IMG/VR virus record: IMGVR_UViG_3300023179_006747
Coordinates: 112 to 64,111 of that record
Source of the DNA: a virus
Lineage: Duplodnaviria > Caudoviricetes
Length of the DNA stretch: 64,000 bases
Reading direction: 5' to 3' (one strand)
The stretch's first letter is position 1. The number at the start of each line of letters is the position of its first letter. A program made the translations under genes and the position numbers. Shown here in pieces: positions 47,212 to 57,677 of this stretch. Under the pieces are notes generated by a model that was given only the letters and a program-made list of their open reading frames with translations, was not told the DNA's origin and ran no database searches.

Positions 47212-50200
47212 ATGGGAAATCCTAATTTATACGCAGATGGTTTAAATTTTCTTTTGTTTCCTGGAAATATTGGACTTGGTACAGCTGGATATAATTTTCC
47301 AGAAAGCATAGCTCAAGATGATGGTGGTGGAGCAGGAAATATATCATTGAGTTTTAGTGGAAGTATAATTCCTTATCAAAATACAACTAAAGCTGTAGAT
47401 TGGTTTAGGGGTCCTAGTGGATTTCAATCCAGATTTACTCCATTAGCAGTATTAACTGGTACACTATATAGAAGATTTGACGATTTTACTTTACGTTTTG
47501 CAAATCCACCTGGAGCACCGAGTTTAAAAACAATATTTGGTGTTAGTAATGATTCTAATGTAGAAGCAGGAACAGCACCTCAAGAAAATGGAGTATATTT
47601 AACAGAAAGATTTAAAAATGGTAGAGCTTTTAATTCCATTTCTCAAGTTAATATATTAGATTTAATTTCAGAAGGACCGATTGAAGGTTTTGTATCTGGA
47701 TTATATATTTATAATATTAGTGGTAAAACTACTGGAGACATAGGATACACAAGCGTAACTTTTCAACCATTTGAACAAACCTACAGCAATCCAGAAACAA
47801 GATCAATATATTGGAATGATACACCAATTACAGATCTTGCAGGATATTATAATTTTCAATATGCAAATTATAAATATACATATGGCGAAAAAACAAATGA
47901 TCATACAGTATATAATCCATATTTAAATCTTTATGAAGACCGAAAAGATTACTTTGGTCAACAAGTTGATAAAAATAGAATTCCATTGCAAACATCTGTA
48001 ACAAAAAGTATTAATGAAACTTTATATGGCTTTTACGTAATAAGTGGAAATAATCAAATATTAACACCAAAAACTTATTATGTATATAATACAGATATTT
48101 CTTCTTTAAAGATAAATATTAAAATAAATAATTTATTTGAAACAATTTTAACTGGTTTAAATGCTGGTGATGTAATGCAACAAAAATTAACATTAAGATT
48201 TGTTATTTATAGAATTTTAAAAGATGGACAATTAGTTCAAGTTGATACTTCTAAATATTATCCTTATATATCATCTTATTATTCTCAAGACGATATTCTT
48301 CTACAAGGAAAAATTCAAAGTAATCCAACAATGATTACTTATGAAATAATGCTTAGACCTTATGCAGAAAATAGTCCTTGGTTTGAAATTTTTCCAAATC
48401 AAATTGGATGGGCAATAGATATAACTAAAAGAACAAGAGAAGCTATAGGTGCGGGATTAAACAATTCAACAAGCATAGATAGTATTACTGAAGTTTATTC
48501 TGATCGTTTTGTTTATCCAGATGCAGCGCTAGTTTATTCCAAATTTGATGCCAGATATTTTAATGACATTCCATCTAGAAGTTACGAACTTAAATTATTA
48601 AAAGTCAAAATTCCAATTAATTACGATCCAATTACAAGAAATTACTCTGGACCATGGAATGGACAATTTAAAGTAGCTTGGACTGATAATCCTGCTTGGT
48701 GTTTTTATGATTTAATTACAAATAATAGATTCGGATTAGGAAAATTTATTGATGCAAGTTTAACTGATAAATGGACTTTATATGAAGTTGGTCAATATTG
48801 CGATCAATTAGTATCAGATGGAGTTGGTGGTTTAGAGCCTAGATTTAGATGCAATTTATACATGAATACCAAAGAAGAAGCATACAAAGTTTTAAACGAC
48901 ATGGCAAGTGTTTTTAGAGCTATTATTTATTATTCAGCTGGTCAAATAACAGTAGCTCAAGACTCATTAAAAGAACCAATATATCTTTTCAATAATAGTA
49001 ATGTAATAGATGGAACATTTAATTATTCTGACGCCTCTAAAAAGGCAAGAAAAACTGTAGCGATTGTAAGATATAATGATGAAAATAATAATTACAAACC
49101 TGGAATAGAATATATCGAAGACAAAACTTCTATATTGAAATACGGAATACGAGAAACAGAAATTGCAGCATTTGGTTGCACAAGTCAAAATCAAGCAAGA
49201 AGAGTTGGAAAATGGTTGTTGCTTACTCAAAATACAGAAACAGAATTAGTTGATTTCCAAGTTGGTTTAGAAGGTCATTATTTAAGACCTGGAGATGTTA
49301 TTTCAGTTTATGATCAATACAGAAAAAATCAATCATATGCAGGAAGAACATTAGAACTAACTAGTGGATATGCAATACTAGATATACCTTATGATTATGC
49401 TAATACTTATGCAATTACTGGTGTTAATATTAATAATTCATTTGCATTTAATATATTAACTCCAACTTATAATTTAAATTTTGGAACACAACTTGGCGAT
49501 CTTTATGCTACTGGTTTTTCTGATATTACATCTTCTGGAATAACAGGATTAAATAGTTCATTTATTAGAAGAAGTCAATTACAATCAATCACAGTAAATA
49601 ATCCACAAAATTATATAACTAGTGGATCTGGAATATACTCTAACAATGTAAGACTTAATTTTCCAACTAGCTTAAAAATTAATAATTATAGTTTACCACA
49701 AAATACAGTTTGGAGTATAGATATAAATACTTCTGGCTATGCAATCGCAGGAATTAATACTAGATCTCAAATTAACAACCCAAGTAATACTCTATATCCA
49801 GGATATTATTTAGAGTCATATCTTAATAAACCTAAAAAATATAGAGTATTAAATATTAGCGAAAAAGAAACAGATACATTTAATATTAATGCTCTAGAAT
49901 ATAATGATCAAAAATATACAAATATTGATAATTTAGCAACTTTAGTAAATGTTCCAGTAAGACCACCTTCTCCAGTTGCTCCATCTGTATTTTTAAGTGG
50001 AATATTTAGAGATCCAAATAAAAGTTTTAGTGATGGTTATTGTGCAACAACTCCTTGTAATGGAACAATTTATACTACAAATCAAGGAGGAATCAATAGT
50101 ATCATGTATAATATTCAACCTCCACCAAATAATTCTGCAAATAGTTTATATTATATTTATGTTAAACCATTTAGTGATTTCACTAGCTCAACCCAAACTC

Positions 50201-50442
50201 CACAAGTATTTTTGGCTAATGTACTATCGCCAACAAATATAAGAACTGGTTTAACTCCTAATGATTGGATTAATGGAACAATTCCCCCTTTCTTAACTCC
50301 AACTGGTGCTGGAACTTATTATTTTAGAATTTTTGCAGAAAATAACGTTGGAGAAAGATCCAACCCAGTTAATATATCATATAATTTAACTAATCAAGCT
50401 TCTGTATTTAGCGTACAAGCTTCTGGATATAACGTATATTAA
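47212..50442 (+). CDS. Central tail fiber / tip attachment protein (lambda gpJ-like)
   Basis: DLISEGPIEG, KVKIP.NYDP, WNGQFK.AWTDNPAW, EPRF.CN, GCTS..QA.R and LRPGDVI motifs. Confidence 0.93.
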   Translation: MGNPNLYADGLNFLLFPGNIGLGTAGYNFPESIAQDDGGGAGNISLSFSGSIIPYQNTTKAVDWFRGPSGFQSRFTPLAVLTGTLYRRFDDFTLRFANPPGAPSLKTIFGVSNDSNVEAGTAPQENGVYLTERFKNGRAFNSISQVNILDLISEGPIEGFVSGLYIYNISGKTTGDIGYTSVTFQPFEQTYSNPETRSIYWNDTPITDLAGYYNFQYANYKYTYGEKTNDHTVYNPYLNLYEDRKDYFGQQVDKNRIPLQTSVTKSINETLYGFYVISGNNQILTPKTYYVYNTDISSLKINIKINNLFETILTGLNAGDVMQQKLTLRFVIYRILKDGQLVQVDTSKYYPYISSYYSQDDILLQGKIQSNPTMITYEIMLRPYAENSPWFEIFPNQIGWAIDITKRTREAIGAGLNNSTSIDSITEVYSDRFVYPDAALVYSKFDARYFNDIPSRSYELKLLKVKIPINYDPITRNYSGPWNGQFKVAWTDNPAWCFYDLITNNRFGLGKFIDASLTDKWTLYEVGQYCDQLVSDGVGGLEPRFRCNLYMNTKEEAYKVLNDMASVFRAIIYYSAGQITVAQDSLKEPIYLFNNSNVIDGTFNYSDASKKARKTVAIVRYNDENNNYKPGIEYIEDKTSILKYGIRETEIAAFGCTSQNQARRVGKWLLLTQNTETELVDFQVGLEGHYLRPGDVISVYDQYRKNQSYAGRTLELTSGYAILDIPYDYANTYAITGVNINNSFAFNILTPTYNLNFGTQLGDLYATGFSDITSSGITGLNSSFIRRSQLQSITVNNPQNYITSGSGIYSNNVRLNFPTSLKINNYSLPQNTVWSIDINTSGYAIAGINTRSQINNPSNTLYPGYYLESYLNKPKKYRVLNISEKETDTFNINALEYNDQKYTNIDNLATLVNVPVRPPSPVAPSVFLSGIFRDPNKSFSDGYCATTPCNGTIYTTNQGGINSIMYNIQPPPNNSANSLYYIYVKPFSDFTSSTQTPQVFLANVLSPTNIRTGLTPNDWINGTIPPFLTPTGAGTYYFRIFAENNVGERSNPVNISYNLTNQASVFSVQASGYNVY

Positions 50443-50445
50443 TTT

Positions 50446-51861
50446 ATGAAAGTAAAAAATTTAAATTTAACATTAGAGTGGGAAACTTTAAGAAGTATTC
50501 CTAATGAAGTAGAAGTAGACCAACAATTTCCTTCTTATAATGTAAAAGTAAAAAATAAAGATAACACTTTACTATATCAAGTTCTAGAATCAAAAGATTA
50601 TGAACCAATCACAGAATACTCTTGGGCGAATCATGAATTTGCAAAAAAACCAAAATTACAAGTTGAAATTCTTAAAAACAAGGCTAAAAATTTATTTAAA
50701 TATGATTTTGAAAACAATTACTTTAAATATAAAGAATTAAGTAATAAACTTGGTTTTTTTAAAGATTTAATATTTGAAGTAGATTACAACAATGATGGTA
50801 AAGGAGATTTTCAATTAAATGTAGAATATGCTGAAATTGAGAAGCTAGATAAAAATATTTTATTTAATAAGATTTACCGCAGTAGCGATTACCTTACTGT
50901 AAAACTACTTATAAATAAAGAATATTTTAAACAACAAGAAGTCTATTCGTTACTTATATTAAGTGAAGTTTCAAACAAATTAGTTAAAAATAAAAAACTA
51001 ACAAATTTATTTACTGAAAAAGTTGAAGAAAAATGGCTTGATGTAAATGATTCAACGGCACTATTAACAATACCTTTTATTGAAAGTGATATTGTTGAAA
51101 TATCTGAAAACTTAAATATCAAAGTTATTCCACTTAATTATCTTCAATCTGAATTATATAAGTTTTTGAGACCAAGAGAATCGCAAGAAGACATTAATAA
51201 TCTATACGAAGAATACTTTGCTAATCAAACATTTAATATTGGCAAAATATATAAACAATCTGTAAATAATGAAACTGTAGTATTTTATCAAAATTACTTA
51301 TATTTATTTAATAATGAAAGCTTAAATTCAAATAGTTTAAATTCAGATTTATCAATTAATGATATGGTATTTAATAGTTATTTCCCACTTTTAAATAAAG
51401 ATCAAACAGATAAAACTATATGCTTATCTAATGATTTAAATACAGATGATGTGCTTGATAATCATTATAACCTACAAAAGGGATATTTAGGCTTTTATGG
51501 TAAAGATTCAACTTCTTATGAAGATGTAGCTATTGACTTAGATTATCTTCAAAATCAAGGGGTACTTCAAGCCAAAATCACTGAAATCGAAGAAAATAGC
51601 AATACTTGCAATATTTATATTGAATATATAACCACTTTTTATAATAATGAGAAGTTCTATATAGAAACTAGTAATAATCTCAAATATATTGAAAAATATA
51701 AGACAAATATTGATAATAAGGATTATATCACTTTATTATTTAAATATTCTTATGATTTACAAGCTTTAAATGAATTTTTAAACGAAAATCCTTCTATCAA
51801 TAAATCCCAAATTATATCAGATAAAGATTTAATTAACTTTTCAGCTAAGTTAATATTATAA
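50446..51861 (+). CDS. Hypothetical protein
   Basis: 471-aa ORF directly after the gpJ-like gene. Confidence 0.7.
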   Translation: MKVKNLNLTLEWETLRSIPNEVEVDQQFPSYNVKVKNKDNTLLYQVLESKDYEPITEYSWANHEFAKKPKLQVEILKNKAKNLFKYDFENNYFKYKELSNKLGFFKDLIFEVDYNNDGKGDFQLNVEYAEIEKLDKNILFNKIYRSSDYLTVKLLINKEYFKQQEVYSLLILSEVSNKLVKNKKLTNLFTEKVEEKWLDVNDSTALLTIPFIESDIVEISENLNIKVIPLNYLQSELYKFLRPRESQEDINNLYEEYFANQTFNIGKIYKQSVNNETVVFYQNYLYLFNNESLNSNSLNSDLSINDMVFNSYFPLLNKDQTDKTICLSNDLNTDDVLDNHYNLQKGYLGFYGKDSTSYEDVAIDLDYLQNQGVLQAKITEIEENSNTCNIYIEYITTFYNNEKFYIETSNNLKYIEKYKTNIDNKDYITLLFKYSYDLQALNEFLNENPSINKSQIISDKDLINFSAKLIL

Positions 51862-51862
51862 C

Positions 51863-54800
51863 TTATCTTTGTTGTTTTTTGTAAATTGCTGAACTTAATA
51901 ATCCGCCAGGTCTTTGTTGTTCTGTTATAACTCTTATTACTTGAGTTTTGATTTTTTCTGCCAAGTCTCTATTATTGTTTGCTTGTGAGTTTTGATTTGT
52001 TTGATCAGATTGAGTGCTTTCGGTAGTGCTACCTTGCTGATTCATGTTAACAACAACACTAACGTTATTTGTTGGAGAATAGTTTCCAGAAGTCTCTCCT
52101 GTAGTGCTAGTACCAACTCCACCACCATCAGCAAATTTTTTAACTCTACCACTATTTAAATCATCAAAGAATTTTTTACCATATAAATTAACAGCTTCTT
52201 TTCTCATTACGAATTCACCACCCATAAGCATCGCAGGAATATTGTCTGCACTACTTCCACCAGAAGCAAATCTTCTAGGTTGTCCACCGTTAGCTAAAAA
52301 TGCTAATCCTGCTCCAGCTAAACCTAAGCCAAAAGACATATAAGCTCCTCTGCTCTTTGCGCTTTTTTGGGTATTATATTGATTTTGTATTTCTTGATTT
52401 AATCTAATATTTTCATCAAGTGCTTGTCTATTGGATTCATTAACTCCTTCAACATATTGAAGATAACTAATAAGAGTTTGTTCTCTTTCTTGTCTTATTC
52501 TATTTTGTGGATTGTTTGGATCAAGAATAGCTTGTAAACTTAAATTAGAACTAAAAACATTTCCTCCACCAGTTGGATATGATGCATCATTATATCTATA
52601 GGTGTTTGTTCCAAGATAAGAAGATTCACCACCATATGCAAATCCTTTGATTCTGCCACCATTGATCATATGTAATAAACCAGAACCATATTTATCTACA
52701 GCGCTTTTTCTAATAACATATTCTCCACCACTTAACATAGCTGGAATATCATCTCTTGTTCCTGATCCACCCATTACATTACCACCAGTAGAATAACCTT
52801 TAATTAATCCACCTTTTGATTTACCTCCAAATAATCCACCAAATAAGCCACCAAATAATCCTCCACCACCCCCTCCACCTCCAAATATATTACTTGTGCT
52901 ACCAAAAAGTTTACCAAAAATTAAATTAGTACTAAATTCAAGAGCCAATTGTTGTATTTTGTCGCTAATATTAAGTGCCATTTTTGTGAAAGCATCGCTA
53001 GCAGTAGCAGTTCCATTAGCAAAAGATAAGAAAGCATTATTAAATTCACTTTTAATTGTTCGCGCTGTATCTGCTGCGCCAAGTTGAGCTTCTCTATACG
53101 AATCTTCGGCACGATTATCAAATTGATCAAAAAATGCTAGACCAATGTCTCCAAGACTCCTTCTTCCACCTAATATTTGTTTTTCTCTGGTGGCTTGTTG
53201 ATCTGCTCTATATTGATCTGCAAAAACTAATCCTCTTTCTCTTTGGCTTCTACTTACCAAACGTTCTTGAGCTCCTTCGACTCCTATACTAAATTTATCT
53301 AAGTCTCCCGCTGCTTGAGCAAGAGCTTCATTTACTTGAGTAATATATTTTGCTTCAACTTTTTTTCTTTCTGTTTCATTTAATATTGATTTTCTAAGTC
53401 CTTCTTGAAGATCTAAAACTTTTGCAGTTGCAATTCTATTTGCATTTAAATCTTTGTTTGCATCTAATACTGCTTTACCATATTCTTTTAATGCTTGTGG
53501 ACTTAAATTATCTTTAAATCTTTTAAGTGCTTCAGCGCTAGATGAAACATCTCCTGCTTGTTCAGCTCTTCTTAAAATAGCATCTCTTGTATATCTTACT
53601 ATTTTTTCCATTTCCTTGGCAAGACCTTTTGTATCTATGCCTAATTCTTTTAATTTTTTACTTAATTCAGTTGTACCTTGGTCAAGATCATCAAAAGAAA
53701 GTTTTTCTAATTCAGTTAAAGTTTTATTTACAGTTTCTTTCTCTACTCCAGCTTTTAACAATAATCTTCCAATAGGATCTAAAATTGCTACAGTTTCTTT
53801 TATTAAATTTTGTTCTTCTGGTGGAATAATTGATCCTTGCGCGCCAGTAATAGTTGGAGCAAAAACTTGATCTTCTGACATGCCTCCAACACTTAATTTT
53901 GTTCCTATAATAGGAGTACCTTGACCATATTTTGCATTTCTGGCTTGAAGATTTGTTATTACAGTTCCTAATTCTTGTAAAAATTCATCTCGTAATTTTG
54001 GATTACTAATAACTTCTCCTCGAATAGATGTTCCCTTTGTAGTTCTAAAATTTAAAATTGCATCTGTGAATTTTTGGAGTTCATCTCCTTTTAATGATTT
54101 GTCTGCTGTAATTTGTAATATACTTGCTAAATTATCTGTATTTATCGCAGAAGTTTGTAGTGCGATTTGAATTTGCCCTAAAGTTTGAGTAATATTATCA
54201 AAATTTCCAGTAGAAACTGCGTCTCTTAAAGATTTTTGTAATGTAGATGGGGTATTAGCTAGTATTGTAGCTAAACTTTCATTACTATCAGATAGTATTT
54301 TTTGTTTTTCTTCGCTACTTAAAGTTTCATCTTTCAATTTTTCTAAAACTTGATTATAAGATTGTACTGCTGATGAAAATGTTTCTAATTTATCTTTATT
54401 ACTTTCAGAAACAATTATAGCATCTTTTGTTGTTTGATCTAAACCATTTAATGAGTTTACTAAACTTAATAAAACTCCAGTTAAAAATGCTCCACCAGCA
54501 ACTTTTTTTCCTCCACCAGATAATAGAGCTGATCCAGCATAACCTGCTCCTTGAACTACAGCTCCAACTCCTGCTCTTGCTTTTTCATCTGTTATACTAT
54601 CTTGAATTTTTGATCCTAATCTATCTATTGCTATAAATAATGCTGCACTTAAAACTTGTTGAAGAATAAATCTGACTGCAGTTGCTCCTCCTGCTTCAGC
54701 TGCTCCTGCTGCTAATAGTGGCAAAATAAAGTTTGGAACAAAACCTTTTGATGCGCCAGCGCTTTTTGCTCTATTTGAACCATATCTTCTTATACCTTGA

Positions 54801-57616
54801 CCCAATCCCATTGGTTCATCTTTTGTATTATAAACTCCTAAACCAAGAGGATTCGAGGAAGAAGTTAATCTAGAATCTCTGCCTATTCTTATTCTTGATA
54901 TTGGCGTTCCAGCACCAGCTTCTCTTCCAATTGCATCATTTAATGCGGTGAAATTAGGAATAAATCCACCAAAAGCTTTTCTAGTTTTAGCTGTGCTATA
55001 TTTTCCAAATTGCATCATACCCTGTTCTTTATAAATTTTATTTGCAAAACTTTGTAAATTACCTTCAGATAATCCACTTTTAAAATCTGCTAGAAGCGTT
55101 GTAAAACCAAAAAGTTTTTGTAAATGTCCTAAATTTCTTCCTCCTCTAACATCAAAATCTCCAAATCCCTTTGGTGTTTCTAATTCAGTATATTTTAATG
55201 CTGTTTTTATTCCAACTTCGAAAGCAGAACCAACTGCAGCGCGAACTGCTCCATATGCTCCTTTTTCTCCAGACCTTGTAAATTCTGCAGCTAAAGTTGA
55301 TCTATTTACGCTTCTTCCTAAAGGTTTTAATGTATCAATAAAACTACTTGTATTATCTAGAATACTATTAGTTATAGTTGTGCCTAATCTTATTTTATCG
55401 TCAGTTAAATCTCCTTCTAACTTATTTCTTTTCATTCCATAAACTGGAACATTTGTAATTGCAAATTCTGAAGATTTACCTTTTGGAGAAAATGGTCCAA
55501 CTAATTTTCTTGAAGATCCTATAAATGGTAATAATATACTAGCAATATTACTAACATCTAAGGGTTTAACTCCTGCAACTGGACCACGAGTAGTTCTACT
55601 CAATACTCCTTGTAATTGAGCTTCACTAACTGTTTCTCCATTTATTTTATATGATTTTGTTCCAGGAATTTGATATTTTTTAGCATCTGCTAAGGATTTA
55701 ATTCCTGCAGATCTAATTATTCCTGCTGGTCCAGTAGCAAAATTAGGAATGAATCCACTACTTACATATGGATTAAATCCATATACTGAATTAAATTGAC
55801 TTTGATAATTTTTTCCAGCAGTACTTCCCATAGGAGGCATAATTGCTGGTTGGCTCATTCCAGGAAATCTTTTAACTTTTTCTGCTGAATTATAGGTAAC
55901 AGAACCTTCTCCAGGAATATTCATTTTACGAACATATCCAGGAATATATCCACCAGCTAATGCTCCTAAAATTTCTGAACTAGCAAAATTAGGAATAAAT
56001 CCTCCACTTTTTGCCTTTAATGTTCCACCTTTAGCAGTAACTCCTCTACCAATTAATCCACCAGTTAATGAAGATGATAATGCAGCAGCTCTTTCTCTTT
56101 CTATTGTTTGCTGTCTAATAATATTTAATATTTTAGTTTCTACATCCAAAACGCTTATTTCTTTATTGTAAACTGATTGAACAAGAGCCGTCTCTTGAGA
56201 TAAGACTTGATTTATTTTTGCTTGAATTGCTGCTCTTTCTTCGGATTTTGTATTTAAATTTAAAATTGTTTGTAAAGATTGAGCTGCAAATTTTCCTAAA
56301 TTAAAAACTAATTTTGTAATAACAGCTGTTAATAAAATAACTCCAGGACCACTTATGAAACTTCCAATTCCTTCTAATATACCTTTTCCTATTTTACTTC
56401 CTATTCCTTTGCCATCAATATCAATACTTTCTAATCCTTTATTAAGTAGATTAAGTAAATTTTCTATTGTTGGACCAAAAGATATTCTACCAATATCTGA
56501 TCCTACTTTAGTTAAGTTAACGAATGTTTTATTAATTAATGAAGATAATGTTTGATTTAATGCTTCATTTCTTGTGATAGCTTCATTTGTGGCACTTGAT
56601 GCTACTTTTAATGCATTTCCATAAGTAGAATATTGTTTCTCTAAATCACCTAAAGCAGCTTTTAAAATATTAATTTGGAAAACACCACCAACTAATTCTC
56701 CTACTTGAGCTTTTTGTGAATCTGCTAAATTATTAAATGTATTAGAAAGATTAGATAAAACTTGTATAGCTGGTAATGTATCACCCTCTAAAGTTCTTAC
56801 TTGAATACCTAGTTCTTCTAATTGATCAAGAGTTTCTGTTCTTTGAATTCTAGTGAAAATAGTTTTTAAAGAGTTACCAATTACTGCACCACCTCTAGCA
56901 GTAGTTTGCTGAACACTTGTTACAATTGCTAATAATTGATCAAAATCAACTCCTGCGTCAGCTGCAGATGATCCTACTCGTTTAATAGCTTCTGCAAGAT
57001 CAGCGCTACTAACTGCAAATGCAGCATCAACATTTGCTAATTTATTAATAATAGTTGTAGAATCTAATCCAGCTTTATTAAAACTATTAATTGTGGCTGT
57101 TAAAGCTTCTACTGCACTTACTGTATCAAGTCCACTAAGACGAGTTAAGATAAGAGCATCTCTTGTTCTTTTTAATGTTTCTTCTAAACTCAAACCTTGA
57201 CGAGAAAGTTCTGTGGCGGCTTGAGCAACGACATCGAAACTTTGACCTGTATTTTTAGCAATATCAAATAAATTGCTACCAAATTGATTTAATGTCTTAG
57301 AGCTAACATTTAATATAACATTAATATCTGTTAGAGATTTTTGAACATCTATTGTGCTTTTAATTAAAGATGTAAAAGCTTTTTCTACAGTATATATTAA
57401 TCCAGCACTGGCACCGAATGCGATAACACGAGCATTAGATGCATCTAAAGATTTTTGAAACTCATTTGCAGCGCCAGTAATACGTCCAAGTGGCTGAGTA
57501 AAGGCTTTTTCATTTAATCCTTTAAATTTAAAATCACGCGCCAAGGCGCTCTGAATATCTCTTTCGAGTTGCCTTGTATCCGCTCCTACTGAAATTGAAG
57601 CTGAAGTCCTAGCCAT
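51863..57616 (-). CDS. Tape measure protein (TP901-type core) with internal modules
   Basis: 1917 aa; core A.ELSRQG...AVDAAFAVS..DLAEA...RGGAVIGNSLKTIFTRI; FAxGG / DxIPAMLxxGE modules; downstream of tube and chaperone genes. Confidence 0.92.
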   Translation of the reverse strand: MARTSASISVGADTRQLERDIQSALARDFKFKGLNEKAFTQPLGRITGAANEFQKSLDASNARVIAFGASAGLIYTVEKAFTSLIKSTIDVQKSLTDINVILNVSSKTLNQFGSNLFDIAKNTGQSFDVVAQAATELSRQGLSLEETLKRTRDALILTRLSGLDTVSAVEALTATINSFNKAGLDSTTIINKLANVDAAFAVSSADLAEAIKRVGSSAADAGVDFDQLLAIVTSVQQTTARGGAVIGNSLKTIFTRIQRTETLDQLEELGIQVRTLEGDTLPAIQVLSNLSNTFNNLADSQKAQVGELVGGVFQINILKAALGDLEKQYSTYGNALKVASSATNEAITRNEALNQTLSSLINKTFVNLTKVGSDIGRISFGPTIENLLNLLNKGLESIDIDGKGIGSKIGKGILEGIGSFISGPGVILLTAVITKLVFNLGKFAAQSLQTILNLNTKSEERAAIQAKINQVLSQETALVQSVYNKEISVLDVETKILNIIRQQTIERERAAALSSSLTGGLIGRGVTAKGGTLKAKSGGFIPNFASSEILGALAGGYIPGYVRKMNIPGEGSVTYNSAEKVKRFPGMSQPAIMPPMGSTAGKNYQSQFNSVYGFNPYVSSGFIPNFATGPAGIIRSAGIKSLADAKKYQIPGTKSYKINGETVSEAQLQGVLSRTTRGPVAGVKPLDVSNIASILLPFIGSSRKLVGPFSPKGKSSEFAITNVPVYGMKRNKLEGDLTDDKIRLGTTITNSILDNTSSFIDTLKPLGRSVNRSTLAAEFTRSGEKGAYGAVRAAVGSAFEVGIKTALKYTELETPKGFGDFDVRGGRNLGHLQKLFGFTTLLADFKSGLSEGNLQSFANKIYKEQGMMQFGKYSTAKTRKAFGGFIPNFTALNDAIGREAGAGTPISRIRIGRDSRLTSSSNPLGLGVYNTKDEPMGLGQGIRRYGSNRAKSAGASKGFVPNFILPLLAAGAAEAGGATAVRFILQQVLSAALFIAIDRLGSKIQDSITDEKARAGVGAVVQGAGYAGSALLSGGGKKVAGGAFLTGVLLSLVNSLNGLDQTTKDAIIVSESNKDKLETFSSAVQSYNQVLEKLKDETLSSEEKQKILSDSNESLATILANTPSTLQKSLRDAVSTGNFDNITQTLGQIQIALQTSAINTDNLASILQITADKSLKGDELQKFTDAILNFRTTKGTSIRGEVISNPKLRDEFLQELGTVITNLQARNAKYGQGTPIIGTKLSVGGMSEDQVFAPTITGAQGSIIPPEEQNLIKETVAILDPIGRLLLKAGVEKETVNKTLTELEKLSFDDLDQGTTELSKKLKELGIDTKGLAKEMEKIVRYTRDAILRRAEQAGDVSSSAEALKRFKDNLSPQALKEYGKAVLDANKDLNANRIATAKVLDLQEGLRKSILNETERKKVEAKYITQVNEALAQAAGDLDKFSIGVEGAQERLVSRSQRERGLVFADQYRADQQATREKQILGGRRSLGDIGLAFFDQFDNRAEDSYREAQLGAADTARTIKSEFNNAFLSFANGTATASDAFTKMALNISDKIQQLALEFSTNLIFGKLFGSTSNIFGGGGGGGGLFGGLFGGLFGGKSKGGLIKGYSTGGNVMGGSGTRDDIPAMLSGGEYVIRKSAVDKYGSGLLHMINGGRIKGFAYGGESSYLGTNTYRYNDASYPTGGGNVFSSNLSLQAILDPNNPQNRIRQEREQTLISYLQYVEGVNESNRQALDENIRLNQEIQNQYNTQKSAKSRGAYMSFGLGLAGAGLAFLANGGQPRRFASGGSSADNIPAMLMGGEFVMRKEAVNLYGKKFFDDLNSGRVKKFADGGGVGTSTTGETSGNYSPTNNVSVVVNMNQQGSTTESTQSDQTNQNSQANNNRDLAEKIKTQVIRVITEQQRPGGLLSSAIYKKQQR

Positions 57617-57640
57617 GCCTTATTCCTTTACTATAAGGAA

Positions 57641-57646
57641 TTACAC
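57641..57646 (-). promoter_or_regulatory. GTGTAA putative late promoter of the tape measure gene
   Basis: TTACAC on the + strand, 24 nt upstream of ATG 57616, with AAAGGA between them. Confidence 0.6.
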
Positions 57647-57677
57647 GAAATATTATTAATTATGATAGTATTAGAGA

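Noticed and set aside
43736-51870. Active invertible (shufflon-like) tail segment
   Set aside because: No convincing inverted repeats at the junctions and no recombinase in the window.
52830-52885. CCACC/CCTCC tandem repeats
   Set aside because: They encode the GGGGGG-GGLFGGLFGGLFGG linker of the tape measure, so they are a protein-level low-complexity repeat.
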